A stretch of DNA of 64,000 nucleotides from an uncultured delta proteobacterium. GTDB taxonomy: Bacteria; Desulfobacterota; BSN033; UBA1163. A program made the position numbers and the translations under genes. Positions 1 through 8,821 of this stretch are shown here, one piece after another. The number at the start of each line of letters is the position of its first letter. Position 1 is the first letter of the stretch. The DNA is taken from NCBI GenBank assembly GCA_963827685.1, contig CAWHBU010000005.1, forward strand, positions 96,001-160,000, written 5' to 3'. The notes under the pieces were generated by a model. That model was given only the letters and a program-made list of their open reading frames with translations, had not been told where the DNA came from and ran no database searches.

Positions 1-1
1 G

Positions 2-361
2 AGAGATTCCTTTGTTCCTTATAAACTGGCATCAAGCCTTCCGACAGGGTATCTGAAACGTCTTGAACTTGCAAGATGTCTCGCCCTAAGGCCTGATGTC
101 ATTCTGTGTGACGAAGTCTTCTCCGGACTCAGCATGAGCGAAATCGCCAGCATGGTTCCTTTGATAGAAAAATTGCAGATGGATAGGATTACCTTGGTGA
201 TGATTGAGCACCGCTTGAGGGAACTCTTTCGGGTGGCCAGTCGTGTGATGGTGCTAAACTTTGGACAAAAACTGACCGAAGGCATCCCGGAAGAAGTGAT
301 GCAGGATGAGAGGGTCAAAGAGGCTTATCTGGGTTCGGAAAAGGCTTCAGACTATATCTGA
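2..361 (+). CDS. Branched-chain amino acid-type ABC transporter ATP-binding protein (LivG-like), 5' partial
   Basis: The frame is open from the window start: LKRLELARCLALRPDVILCDE (Walker B), IEH H-loop, C-terminal VKEAYLG typical of LivG. Confidence 0.85.
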   Translation, partial: RDSFVPYKLASSLPTGYLKRLELARCLALRPDVILCDEVFSGLSMSEIASMVPLIEKLQMDRITLVMIEHRLRELFRVASRVMVLNFGQKLTEGIPEEVMQDERVKEAYLGSEKASDYI

Positions 362-377
362 AGCCTTTATAGTGGAT

Positions 378-446
378 GAGTTCGGAGTTCAGGGTTCGGA
401 GATCTTAAATAATACACTCCGAACTCCGAACTAATTACTCCGAACT
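378..446. repeat. Heptamer tandem repeats in inverted arrangement (GAGTTCG / CGAACTC)
   Basis: gagttcggagttcagggttcggag ... ctccgaactccgaact...ctccgaact lies between two co-oriented genes. Confidence 0.8.
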
Positions 447-464
447 AACCATTTGGAATTCTCA

Positions 465-2111
465 ATGAACACTTTAGAAACCGAATTAACTTTTACCCGC
501 TTTGATCGGATGGTTGAAAAGTATCCTGATCGGCCGGCCATCATCTATCTGGGCGAGAAGTTTACCTATGCCAGATTGCGAAATCTCATCGATCGATTTG
601 CCACGGCTCTGAATCGCTTGGGAGTGCGAAAAGGTGATAAGGTCATGCTCTATATCACAAACTCTGCCCAATGGGTTATCGCCTTCTTTGGGATTCAAAA
701 GATTGGGGCTGTGGTTGTGCCGGTGGCTCCCATCTACACGTCTTTCGAAATTGAATATATGATCAATGACGCTGGTGTGGAGACGATCATCTGCCTTGAT
801 ACCAATTTTGGATATGTACAGGAGATTTTTTCTAAGACCTGCTTAAAAAGGGTTATTATTACAAACCTCGTCGATCTCCTTCCGCTTTGGAAACGTACGG
901 TTGGCTTCCTTTTTGATAAGATTCCGAACGGCATCGTTAAAAAGGGTGAGAATATCTATTTATTCAAAGATCTAATCAAACAAACGCCTGAGAGATTTGA
1001 TGTAGAAATCGATCCTTGGAATGACTTTTCCTATATTCTCTATACGGGTGGAACGACAGGGTTTCCGAAGGGAGTGCCCGGCAATCATATGGGCATGATC
1101 TCCTATGTCAGGGACGTCATGGAGGATGTGGCGGGAGGATATATCGAGGAGGGAAAAGATACCTATATTGCAATTAATCCTCTTTTCCACATCATGGCTC
1201 TGGGACTCTTTGTTGCCATTGGCCTGAATTATGGCAATAAGACGGTGATCATGCCCGTCCCTCAGGTCGATGCCATCTTACAGGCGGTACAAAAATATAA
1301 AGTGAGGTGGTTTTTGGGTGTCCCCGCTCTGTACCGTATGATGCTTGAAAACGATCGCCTGGATCAATACGACCTGAGCTCTCTAAAATACTGTTACTGC
1401 GGAGGGGATGTTCTCCCCATTGAGGTTTTTAAACGATGGAAAGAGCTTTTTGGACTAAATATCTACCAAGTCTATGGGTCAACGGAAGCAGGTCATGTTA
1501 CCTATTCTCGATTAAATACAGACCCGGAGCTGATGTCGATCGGATTGCCACTTAAGACGAGACAGTGTAAAGTGGTTGACCCGGATAGGTTGGAACCAGT
1601 GCCTGTCGGTGAGATCGGAGAACTTGTGGTGACTTCGGACTATACCGTCAAAAGCTATTTGAACAAGCCAGAGGAGACCAGCCGCTCTTATGTGGAGATA
1701 GATGGGAAGATTTACTACCGCATGGGAGATTACGTAAAGCAAGATGAAAACGGGGAGATCTACTACGTTGAGAGATCTGCCGATATCATAAAGTGTAAAG
1801 CTTATCGGGTTTCTGCCTCTGAGATTGAGGCCGTTCTGCAAGATCACCCCACTGTCATCGGTGCCTGTGTGGTGGGTGTTCCTGATCCAAAAGTCGGTGA
1901 GCGCATCAAAGCCATCGTTGTCCTCAAGGAGGATGCACGAGGGGTGGATGCCTCTGAATTGACCCGATGGTGCCGAGAAAGGCTTGCCCCGTATAAAATC
2001 CCACAATATATTGAATTCAGGGACATGCTGCCCAAATCAAAAGTAGGAAAACTCCTGAGACGCGAAATCAGGGAGGAAGAACGTAGGAGAATATCTAAAG
2101 AAAAAAAATAA
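465..2111 (+). CDS. AMP-binding enzyme, long-chain fatty acid-CoA ligase family
   Basis: YTGGTTGFPKG P-loop, YGSTE, YRMGD and LPKSKVGK motifs. ATG at 465 preferred over TTG at 453. Confidence 0.9.
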   Translation: MNTLETELTFTRFDRMVEKYPDRPAIIYLGEKFTYARLRNLIDRFATALNRLGVRKGDKVMLYITNSAQWVIAFFGIQKIGAVVVPVAPIYTSFEIEYMINDAGVETIICLDTNFGYVQEIFSKTCLKRVIITNLVDLLPLWKRTVGFLFDKIPNGIVKKGENIYLFKDLIKQTPERFDVEIDPWNDFSYILYTGGTTGFPKGVPGNHMGMISYVRDVMEDVAGGYIEEGKDTYIAINPLFHIMALGLFVAIGLNYGNKTVIMPVPQVDAILQAVQKYKVRWFLGVPALYRMMLENDRLDQYDLSSLKYCYCGGDVLPIEVFKRWKELFGLNIYQVYGSTEAGHVTYSRLNTDPELMSIGLPLKTRQCKVVDPDRLEPVPVGEIGELVVTSDYTVKSYLNKPEETSRSYVEIDGKIYYRMGDYVKQDENGEIYYVERSADIIKCKAYRVSASEIEAVLQDHPTVIGACVVGVPDPKVGERIKAIVVLKEDARGVDASELTRWCRERLAPYKIPQYIEFRDMLPKSKVGKLLRREIREEERRRISKEKK

Positions 2112-2195
2112 GGCTCCTCGCAATGACTCACTGGGGCCAATGCAAACGATAGTGTGCTCCCGGTAGTATTTATTGCTAAATGAAGAGGCGGTGAA

Positions 2196-2942
2196 ATGCT
2201 CGAGATCAAAAACCTCATGGTATTTTATGAGAACGCCATCGCCATCAATAACATCAGTATCAAATGCCAGGGTGGAAAAGTCACAGGCATTTTCGGTGCC
2301 AACAGTGCAGGCAAGTCCACGCTGATGTATACCATCTCCGGAATCATATTGGATGTGAAGAAGAAGGAAGAGATGAAAGGGGGAGAGAGGATCATCGTCC
2401 TGGGTCATATCGCATTTGAAGAAATGGATATCACATCCATGAAGCCCAGCGATAGAGCCAGGAGAGGAATCATCCTCTGCCCTGAAAGACGACGGATCTT
2501 CGCGGAAAGCAGCACTTTGGAGAATCTTAAGATCGGGGGTTATTTGGCCACAAAGGCTCAGGCTAAGAAGACCCTGGAATATGTTTTTACCATTTTTCCA
2601 CCCTTGAAAAATCTGAAGAAGAGAGAGGGAGGTTTTCTCAGCGGAGGGGAACAGCAGATGCTGGCCATTGGAAGGGCCTTGATGGCCCAGCCGAAACTGC
2701 TTCTCCTCGACGAGCCGTTACTCGGACTGAGTCCGATGATGGAGGGCATGCTTGCACGATCCGTCCACGATATCAATCTACAGACAGGGATTACCATTCT
2801 CATCTCGGAACAGTATGCCCGTCCCATTTTGCCGATCATTCACCACGGATATATTCTTGAAAATGGAGGCGCCGTTCTGGAAGGTTCCTCCCAGGAATTA
2901 GTGGATAACCCCGATGTAAAATCCGCCTATTTTGGGCTGTGA
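2196..2942 (+). CDS. LivF-like ABC transporter ATP-binding protein
   Basis: GANSAGKST Walker A, LSGGEQQMLAIGRALM, LLLLDEP. Confidence 0.9.
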   Translation: MLEIKNLMVFYENAIAINNISIKCQGGKVTGIFGANSAGKSTLMYTISGIILDVKKKEEMKGGERIIVLGHIAFEEMDITSMKPSDRARRGIILCPERRRIFAESSTLENLKIGGYLATKAQAKKTLEYVFTIFPPLKNLKKREGGFLSGGEQQMLAIGRALMAQPKLLLLDEPLLGLSPMMEGMLARSVHDINLQTGITILISEQYARPILPIIHHGYILENGGAVLEGSSQELVDNPDVKSAYFGL

Positions 2943-2980
2943 GGCTAATTCGATGACGGCGGTTTTTCCGTTGGTCTAAT

Positions 2981-3062
2981 AATCCCCCTTTGGCAAAGGG
3001 GGATTTAGGGGGATTTCCCCGAGGTTCAAATCCCCCCTGACCCCCCTTTTCTAAAGGGGGGG
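2981..3062. repeat. Inverted pair of CCCCCTTT-N-AAAGGGGG REP-like hairpins
   Basis: aatccccctttggcaaagggggatttagggggattt ... aaatcccccctgaccccccttttctaaagggggg. A related single copy lies at ~15691-15723. Confidence 0.75.
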
Positions 3063-3135
3063 AAACGTTAACAGTTAAAGGCGAAGCCATCATTCGAGTG
3101 GAAATTGACTCTTGCTCCACTGAGGAAATATTCCT

Positions 3136-3669
3136 ATGAAGATCTTAGCACTCATTGGAAGCCCAAGAAAAGGAAGTAACACTGACCTATTGGTGGATCA
3201 AATATTGAAAGGGAGTAAAGAAGGGAAGCATACAAGTGAAAAGCTTTACTTGTACGATTTCGAAATTCTCCCTTGCATCGATTGCCGTGCCTGCAAAAGG
3301 GGAAATTTTGTATGTCCCCTGAAAGACGGAATGCGAAAGATTTACCCGAAAATGGAGAAAGCAGATTTGATCCTTTTCGGAACACCGAACTATTGGTATG
3401 GCCCTACCGGAAAGATGAAACTTCTGATAGATCGGATGAGGCCTTTCGTCGCAAACAAAAAAATGAAAGGCAAGAAATGGGCGATTGTCTCGCCATCCGC
3501 CGAAGGACCAAATTCCTGCAGACTCCTGGTCGAAATGCTCCGCCTGTCATGTGATTATTTGGGGATGAAATTTGCGGGAAAGATTTTGGCCAAAGCATAC
3601 GAAAGGGGAGAGATTAAAAAAGATCAAAAGGCATTGAGGAAGGCCTTTGAATTCGGAATGTCATTGTAG
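3136..3669 (+). CDS. Iron-sulfur flavoprotein / flavodoxin family (NADPH-dependent FMN reductase fold)
   Basis: GSPRKGSNT, CIDCRAC...C cysteine motif, GTPNYW. Confidence 0.85.
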   Translation: MKILALIGSPRKGSNTDLLVDQILKGSKEGKHTSEKLYLYDFEILPCIDCRACKRGNFVCPLKDGMRKIYPKMEKADLILFGTPNYWYGPTGKMKLLIDRMRPFVANKKMKGKKWAIVSPSAEGPNSCRLLVEMLRLSCDYLGMKFAGKILAKAYERGEIKKDQKALRKAFEFGMSL

Positions 3670-3961
3670 TCCTACAGCCCAGGTCATACCCACCAATACT
3701 TCCTTTCTGTACTCTTCGAGTGGGAAATCCTTACCCTCATTCAATATTGCAATTGATAATCCTTAAAAAGATAATTTTCACACCCCAATTTTTAGTCTTG
3801 GCGAAGGGACTATTAAGCACATAAATTAATCTTAGCGAGATAACATCTTTCAGAAGGCGGCATTATGGAAGGACTTCACGAGCACGATCATCCGAGGCAC
3901 AAGCCGAAAAAGCATGAGTATGCCCACGAGAAGAACGTGTAATGCGGGGTAAGACCCGAGC

Positions 3962-5215
3962 CTAAAGAAAGGTGTGACTGTACGCCTTTTCGACCGCCCT
4001 TCCGATCCGGTAACCGAGGAAGCCGCCCAGAGCCGAGCCCACAACGCCCTGGCTCGTCTGAATCGTCACAAACCAGGTGGCGTAAAACTTGTGCCATATG
4101 AAGGGTGCTGAGACGAGATAGAAGTAAAGGTAGACAACAAGCCCCCGCAAGGCCCCAGCGGCAGTTGCCCCCCAAGGGGTTCGAACGTAATCGCGGGTTA
4201 TCAGAAAAAAAGTCTCCAAGGACAACGATTCGATTATTATGTACGGCCACCAGAGGGGATTTACGCCCCTCGATATCATCTGGCCAAGGAGACTATTCCC
4301 GATGATGATCAAAGAGGCTGTTCCGGATTTCGGTATCAACCGAATACCGGTGAAAAGAACGCAGGTGAACGGGACCGAGAAAAAGAAAGCCTGGATGAAG
4401 GGAATTCTACTCAGGCCCATCTTAAAGGGCAGTGCCGCAAGATAGAGGAGGCTGATGAAGAAGGCGATCACGACAAGGTCGATGGTCGTGAACTTCTGGA
4501 ACAAGCTCTTGGAACGGGATACAGAGGTGGTTCGGGTTACAGAGAATCCACGCACCTCGGCGGCAAGGGCTAGGAGGCGGGCCTGCCGCAGGGAGTTTAT
4601 GACAAGGGGCTGGAGCAACAGCCGAAGGACCTTGAAGGCGTTGATTATTCCCCTTGTCCTAATCCCCCTCAAACGTAGCCCCAGGAGTATCCTCCTCATC
4701 TCTTCCAGAAGCTGAGGCATGAACCGCAGGCTGACGAGGAGGATCAGACCGAGTTCGCGGGGGATCCTTATCCTTTTGAGAGACAAAAGGATTTCAGAAG
4801 GGTGGGTCGATGCAACGATAGCGGTCGCTACAAGGGTCCCCGAGATAAGGCGCAATGACTGGACGAGACCGTAAGTGAGCCCCTCCTTGTAGAGCTGGAC
4901 GCCCCCCGTAATCCTGCCTATGCAGGGAAACTGCTTCGGCACAATCGTGATGAGGACCGTTCGGGGTTCGAAATAGTAGAAAAAGGCCTGAGAAATCATT
5001 GTTGAGATGACGATGGAGAGTATGACGAGAAAAAGAGCCCTGAACCGATGAACACGGACCCCGGCGAAGAGAAGCACCATCAGGGTTGAGACGACCAGGA
5101 CGAGGAGGTGGGCTGGTCGGTTGAGGATGACGATCAAGGCCGAGACGACAAGGCTGTAGCCGATCTTGGCGAGGGGATGGACCCGGCTGAGTAATGACCT
5201 ACCCACGCTTTTCAT
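3962..5215 (-). CDS. ECF transporter T component (EcfT/CbiQ) fused to a C-terminal membrane domain, probably an S component
   Basis: N-terminal HPLAK, LRFMPQL and the two Arg motifs LRLRG and EVRGF of EcfT, followed by about 170 extra hydrophobic residues with several TM segments. Confidence 0.75.
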   Translation of the reverse strand: MKSVGRSLLSRVHPLAKIGYSLVVSALIVILNRPAHLLVLVVSTLMVLLFAGVRVHRFRALFLVILSIVISTMISQAFFYYFEPRTVLITIVPKQFPCIGRITGGVQLYKEGLTYGLVQSLRLISGTLVATAIVASTHPSEILLSLKRIRIPRELGLILLVSLRFMPQLLEEMRRILLGLRLRGIRTRGIINAFKVLRLLLQPLVINSLRQARLLALAAEVRGFSVTRTTSVSRSKSLFQKFTTIDLVVIAFFISLLYLAALPFKMGLSRIPFIQAFFFSVPFTCVLFTGIRLIPKSGTASLIIIGNSLLGQMISRGVNPLWWPYIIIESLSLETFFLITRDYVRTPWGATAAGALRGLVVYLYFYLVSAPFIWHKFYATWFVTIQTSQGVVGSALGGFLGYRIGRAVEKAYSHTFL

Positions 5216-6617
5216 CAGCGGCTATCCTACCCTTCACTAAGGTGACAATTCTCTTCCCATAGCGCCTGACGGCTCTCATGTTGTTGGAGGAGAAGATGAT
5301 AGTTGTTCCGTGCTTGCTCAGGATTTCCGTAAGGTCCATGAGCTTTGCCCAGTTTCCCTCGTCGAGGCCGGTTGTTGGTTCATCTAACAGGAGGATCTCG
5401 GCCTCGGGCCTTAAAATTGAGAGAAAAGCCACTTTTTTCCGCTCGCCCCGGGAGAGGCAGTGGGGATGGACTGAGCGGTGATGGACAAGCCCCATGTAGC
5501 GTAACAGCGGCTCTATGAGCGTGTTTGGTGACCTCCGTTCCCCTCCGAGGAGCAACTCCGCTTCGACCGTATCGGCGAACATCTGCTCGTCGGGGTTTTG
5601 GAACAGGTAGCCGACCTTGCCTGCAAGGGAATCAAGATAAGGACTCTCGTGCCCCAGGAGGGATACTGAACCCCGTTGCGGCTTCACAAGCCCAAGGATT
5701 ACTCGAAACAGCGTGGTCTTGCCCGATCCATTGTCGCCCACGACCGCTACCATCTCCCCTCTCGTGACGGCGAGAGAAATATCGTGAAGGGCAAAACTCC
5801 GGTCTTTTACCTCGTACGTGACATCATCGAGCTTTAAGACTTGTTGACGTGGTCTGTCATGTCTCTCCAGAATCCCTCCCTCTCGTTCAGTAAGGGTGCG
5901 GGTGGGGGTGGTTTCCATCCAGTCCGCCGGCTCGGGCATCTCCCCATCCTGATCCTCTTGGTGTCCATGCCTTTCCAGGAGCAGGACCTTGTCAGGAGAA
6001 AAGGGAAGATCTTCACCATCATGGTCAGCAATAAGGATAGTATGGCCCTCCTGTTTCAGCTTCCCGATCACGTCGAAGAACTTTCTCCAACCTTTCTCGT
6101 CGAGGTCGGTTGTCGGCTCATCGAAGAGGAATACCTTCGGCCGCATCGCATAGGCGCCAGCGATGGCAAGCCTCTGCTTCTGCCCACCCGAGAGCCTGGA
6201 TGTCTCCCTGTCTTGCAGTTCCGTCAAGTCGAGTTCTCGAAGGGCCCCATCTACCCGCTCTTTTACATGCTGGGAGGGGAGGCCTAGATTTTCGCAGCCG
6301 AAGGCTACATCTTCCCCAACACGGAGCATGAAGATCTGGTTGTCGGGGTTCTGGAAGACCGTGCCGACAGTTCTGGACATCTCACCGACGGTAACATCCA
6401 TGGGTTTCACCCCATCCACTTCAACATCACCCGACAGCGTCCCTTCGATTACATGGGGGATGAGCCCATTGATGCAGAAAAGGAGCGTGGATTTCCCGGT
6501 GCCTGATTCTCCCTTTATAAGGGCTAACTCGCCCTTCCCCACATCGAGGTTCACATTGATGAGGACAGGCTCCGGCGAGCCCGGATACGAATAGGCGAGG
6601 TTGCGGATCTTTAGCAT
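5199..6617 (-). CDS. ECF transporter ATPase with two fused ABC domains (EcfA-A')
   Basis: Two Walker A motifs (GESGTGKST, GDNGSGKTT), VFQNPD twice, LSGGQKQR and LSRGERKK, DEPT twice. Confidence 0.9.
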   Translation of the reverse strand: MLKIRNLAYSYPGSPEPVLINVNLDVGKGELALIKGESGTGKSTLLFCINGLIPHVIEGTLSGDVEVDGVKPMDVTVGEMSRTVGTVFQNPDNQIFMLRVGEDVAFGCENLGLPSQHVKERVDGALRELDLTELQDRETSRLSGGQKQRLAIAGAYAMRPKVFLFDEPTTDLDEKGWRKFFDVIGKLKQEGHTILIADHDGEDLPFSPDKVLLLERHGHQEDQDGEMPEPADWMETTPTRTLTEREGGILERHDRPRQQVLKLDDVTYEVKDRSFALHDISLAVTRGEMVAVVGDNGSGKTTLFRVILGLVKPQRGSVSLLGHESPYLDSLAGKVGYLFQNPDEQMFADTVEAELLLGGERRSPNTLIEPLLRYMGLVHHRSVHPHCLSRGERKKVAFLSILRPEAEILLLDEPTTGLDEGNWAKLMDLTEILSKHGTTIIFSSNNMRAVRRYGKRIVTLVKGRIAADEKRG

Positions 6618-7324
6618 CGTCGTAGGTTATTGGTAAAGAGGTCAATAACCCCGTTGTAGTCCTCACCCGAGGAACGGGAGAAGGTGACATTCCGGAGGTA
6701 CTTGCCCGCAAGGGACGCCACCTGTTCGACTTCTTGATAAGATGGTTCCCTGATGTCGAGTCCGTCCACCTTCATGTAGCCGATGATCCGGTAGGGGATG
6801 TCCTGGTCGACAGAAGCCACGAACCTTGCAATCCCTTCGATCTCTTCGCTGTCGATCATGCTGGGGATGTAGACGGATGAGGCCGAGAGGCCGACACCAG
6901 CCGCGTGAATCTCTCTGAAGTGCTGCAAACACCGCTGGTTCGACTTGCCGGTATACTTCCTGTGGAGCCTGTCATCGAGGGCCTTGATCGACATGGCCAC
7001 GTGGGTGACACCATCAAGGTTAGGGAGTATATAGCCGTTGGTAATCAATCTCACCTCACAGCCGAAGGCGTCTCTCAAGGCTGCGGGCAGGCGGTTGAAG
7101 GCTGGGCTCGGCCTCGCCTCTCCACTGAGGATCGACACACTCCGAGGACGCACAGGCCCGAGGAGCGTGAGGACCTCGTCGAGATCAAGCCGCTTGACCC
7201 TTTTGAGGCTAATTTTTCCGTAAATCTGCTTCCAGTAGCAGCAGAGGCAGCGGAAATTGCAGCCGATGAAATAGAGGGAACAGGAACCGCTCTTCGCATT
7301 GTGGGTGATGCGGTGAATATTCAT
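6611..7324 (-). CDS. Radical SAM protein (PflA/organic-radical activating-enzyme-like)
   Basis: GCNFRCLCC (CX3CX2C), SGE and LITNG motifs; SD GGAGG upstream; overlaps the ECF ATPase start. Confidence 0.85.
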   Translation of the reverse strand: MNIHRITHNAKSGSCSLYFIGCNFRCLCCYWKQIYGKISLKRVKRLDLDEVLTLLGPVRPRSVSILSGEARPSPAFNRLPAALRDAFGCEVRLITNGYILPNLDGVTHVAMSIKALDDRLHRKYTGKSNQRCLQHFREIHAAGVGLSASSVYIPSMIDSEEIEGIARFVASVDQDIPYRIIGYMKVDGLDIREPSYQEVEQVASLAGKYLRNVTFSRSSGEDYNGVIDLFTNNLRRC

Positions 7325-7458
7325 GTTAGAACCTCCATCGGGCGGATATCATAGCAATGCGCGGCGGTGCAAAATAATTGAGATACTCCTCACACTTGCT
7401 GTTCCTGGCCTGGTGGCGTTACGGTTGCAACCACTTTGACTGTTTCGATGTTTGCTCC

Positions 7459-7507
7459 AAAAAAAACCACGAAGGGGAAGGTCTCCGGACCTTTCTGCCT
7501 TCGTGGC
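7459..7507 (-). promoter_or_regulatory. Leader RNA element copy A (terminator stem with two small hairpins) upstream of the radical SAM-ECF operon
   Basis: Minus strand reads GCCACGAAGG-CAGA-AAGGTC-CGGA-GACCTT-CC-CCTTCGTGG-T8. Confidence 0.75.
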
Positions 7508-7514
7508 TGATGTC

Positions 7515-7544
7515 AATATAACTTTTCTTTTTCGGATTTGTCAA
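7515..7544 (-). promoter_or_regulatory. sigma70-type promoter for the leftward operon
   Basis: TTGACA (7544-7539), 18-nt spacer, TATATT (7520-7515). The predicted start site falls just before element A. Confidence 0.6.
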
Positions 7545-7554
7545 AATTTTTTTC

Positions 7555-7583
7555 TTGACAAAGAAAAGTAAATTGTTTATAGA
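7555..7583 (+). promoter_or_regulatory. sigma70-type promoter for the rightward operon
   Basis: TTGACA (7555-7560), 17-nt spacer, TATAGA (7578-7583). Confidence 0.7.
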
Positions 7584-7599
7584 AACATCTGAATTGAAT

Positions 7600-7710
7600 G
7601 CCACGAAGGTTTGGGTCTGAAGACCTGCTCTCGTGGCTTTTTTATTTTGTCGAAATCAAAACCACGAAGGTTTGTGCCTCGCTGAAGCGACACATCTCGT
7701 GGTTTTTTTT
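7600..7710 (+). promoter_or_regulatory. Tandem leader RNA elements B (7600-7643) and C (7661-7710) upstream of the methyltransferase
   Basis: B: GCCACGAAGG-tttg-GGTC-TGAA-GACC-tgctc-TCGTGGC-T6. C: ACCACGAAGG-tttgtgcc-TCGC-TGAA-GCGA-cacatc-TCGTGG-T8. Confidence 0.75.
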
Positions 7711-7862
7711 ATGGGAAAAAAGGAAATGGTGTGCAGTTGGAGAGGGACAACTTACGATATTATTTTCCTTCTCTACGTCGGCGACAATGAAAAAACGACC
7801 AACGAGAAATGGTTTTTACATCTTCCAACGAGAAAAAAGATGGAAGGTTTAAGGAGACGCTT

Positions 7863-8579
7863 ATGGAACAGGCCGTATGTAAAAGAGTGGCAACCGTCAA
7901 ATTCTGGGATGCCTATGCGAAATGGTATAAGCTTTGGATGGAACACACTCACTATCATGAGAGAATTATCGAGGTGCTCATGGCTATGTCCAGACCGGGT
8001 TGGAAGGTCCTGGATATCGGAGCTGGAAACGGTATTCTCTCAATACCTCTCTGCGCCCGGAGGTGTGAAGTGACGACCCTCGAGCCTTCCATTGGAATGA
8101 GAAACCTGCTGTATGAGGAGGCATTCAAGAATAGGGTTGATGGGTTTAACGTCGATGAACGAATTTGGGAAGAGGTCCCCTGTTATGAGTTTTTAGATTA
8201 CGACCTCATCATGGCGTGCAATGCCCTTCACTTGACGCAGATCGGATTTGAAGAAGCCCTTGCAAAAATATTTCGGACAGGGCCGCGAAACGTCTTTCTG
8301 ATTTCAGAACTTGGACCGCCGGAAATCCAGGTGAAATGCCATTATGGCAATTACACGATGGCCCTTATGAAATCCTACGAAACGGATAGCTCTTACGCCT
8401 ACCATCATCTGAATGAAGTAGTGGAACACTGGATCTTTAAAAAGGGGCGATCCCTTCAACCTGACGAAATCCGTGATCTAAAAGAAAGGGTCGTTCTTCA
8501 GAACGGCCATCTCTGGATAAGGGATACGGCGCGAGTGATGATGTGCTGGTGGAAAAAAACATCTATGAATTTTAGCTAA
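7863..8579 (+). CDS. Class I SAM-dependent methyltransferase
   Basis: VLDIGAGNG motif I, LEPS and YDLI motifs; SD AGGAG before ATG 7863. Confidence 0.85.
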   Translation: MEQAVCKRVATVKFWDAYAKWYKLWMEHTHYHERIIEVLMAMSRPGWKVLDIGAGNGILSIPLCARRCEVTTLEPSIGMRNLLYEEAFKNRVDGFNVDERIWEEVPCYEFLDYDLIMACNALHLTQIGFEEALAKIFRTGPRNVFLISELGPPEIQVKCHYGNYTMALMKSYETDSSYAYHHLNEVVEHWIFKKGRSLQPDEIRDLKERVVLQNGHLWIRDTARVMMCWWKKTSMNFS

Positions 8580-8660
8580 GGAAGCAACTATTTTTTTTAG
8601 TCCGGATCAAAATCGTAGGAATTTGTTGAAAGGGGAATCGTTTTCGTTTTGAATAGCAGA

Positions 8661-8765
8661 GCCACGAAGGTGTGAGGTCAGAAGACCTTTTCTCGGTAGC
8701 TTTTTATTGGAACTAAACCACGGAGGTTTGATGTCCCACAGAAGCAAAACCCTTCGTGGTTTTTT
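8661..8765 (+). promoter_or_regulatory. Tandem leader RNA elements D (8661-8705) and E (8717-8765) upstream of the TonB receptor
   Basis: D: GCCACGAAGG-tgtg-AGGTC-AGAA-GACCT-...-CTCGGTAGC-T5. E: ACCACGGAGG-tttg...cAGAAg...CCTTCGTGG-T6. Confidence 0.7.
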
Positions 8766-8821
8766 AGTTTATTTCACCATAAGAAAGCGGGTGATAAAAG
8801 ACTTTGGGGAGGAGGTCTTCT

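Noticed and set aside
3850-3961. Short hydrophobic frame after the EcfT-S gene (…LLVGILMLFRLVPRM…), possibly a second S-component remnant
   Set aside because: No convincing start or SD, and the similarity is too short to support a call.
7353-7373. TTGCAC...TTGCT on the minus strand as a sigma54 promoter
   Set aside because: It lacks the GG dinucleotide and the -24/-12 spacing is wrong.
7389-7456. Frame NIETVKVVATVTPPGQEQQV upstream of the radical SAM gene, considered as a RiPP precursor or TonB-box remnant
   Set aside because: No good start codon with SD, and the radical SAM protein shows no SPASM or RRE features.
7459-8765. The repeated CCACGAAGG elements as a CRISPR array or a cobalamin/TPP/Moco riboswitch
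   Set aside because: No regular repeat-spacer periodicity and no cas genes; the conserved cores of those riboswitches are not recognisable and the elements are too short.
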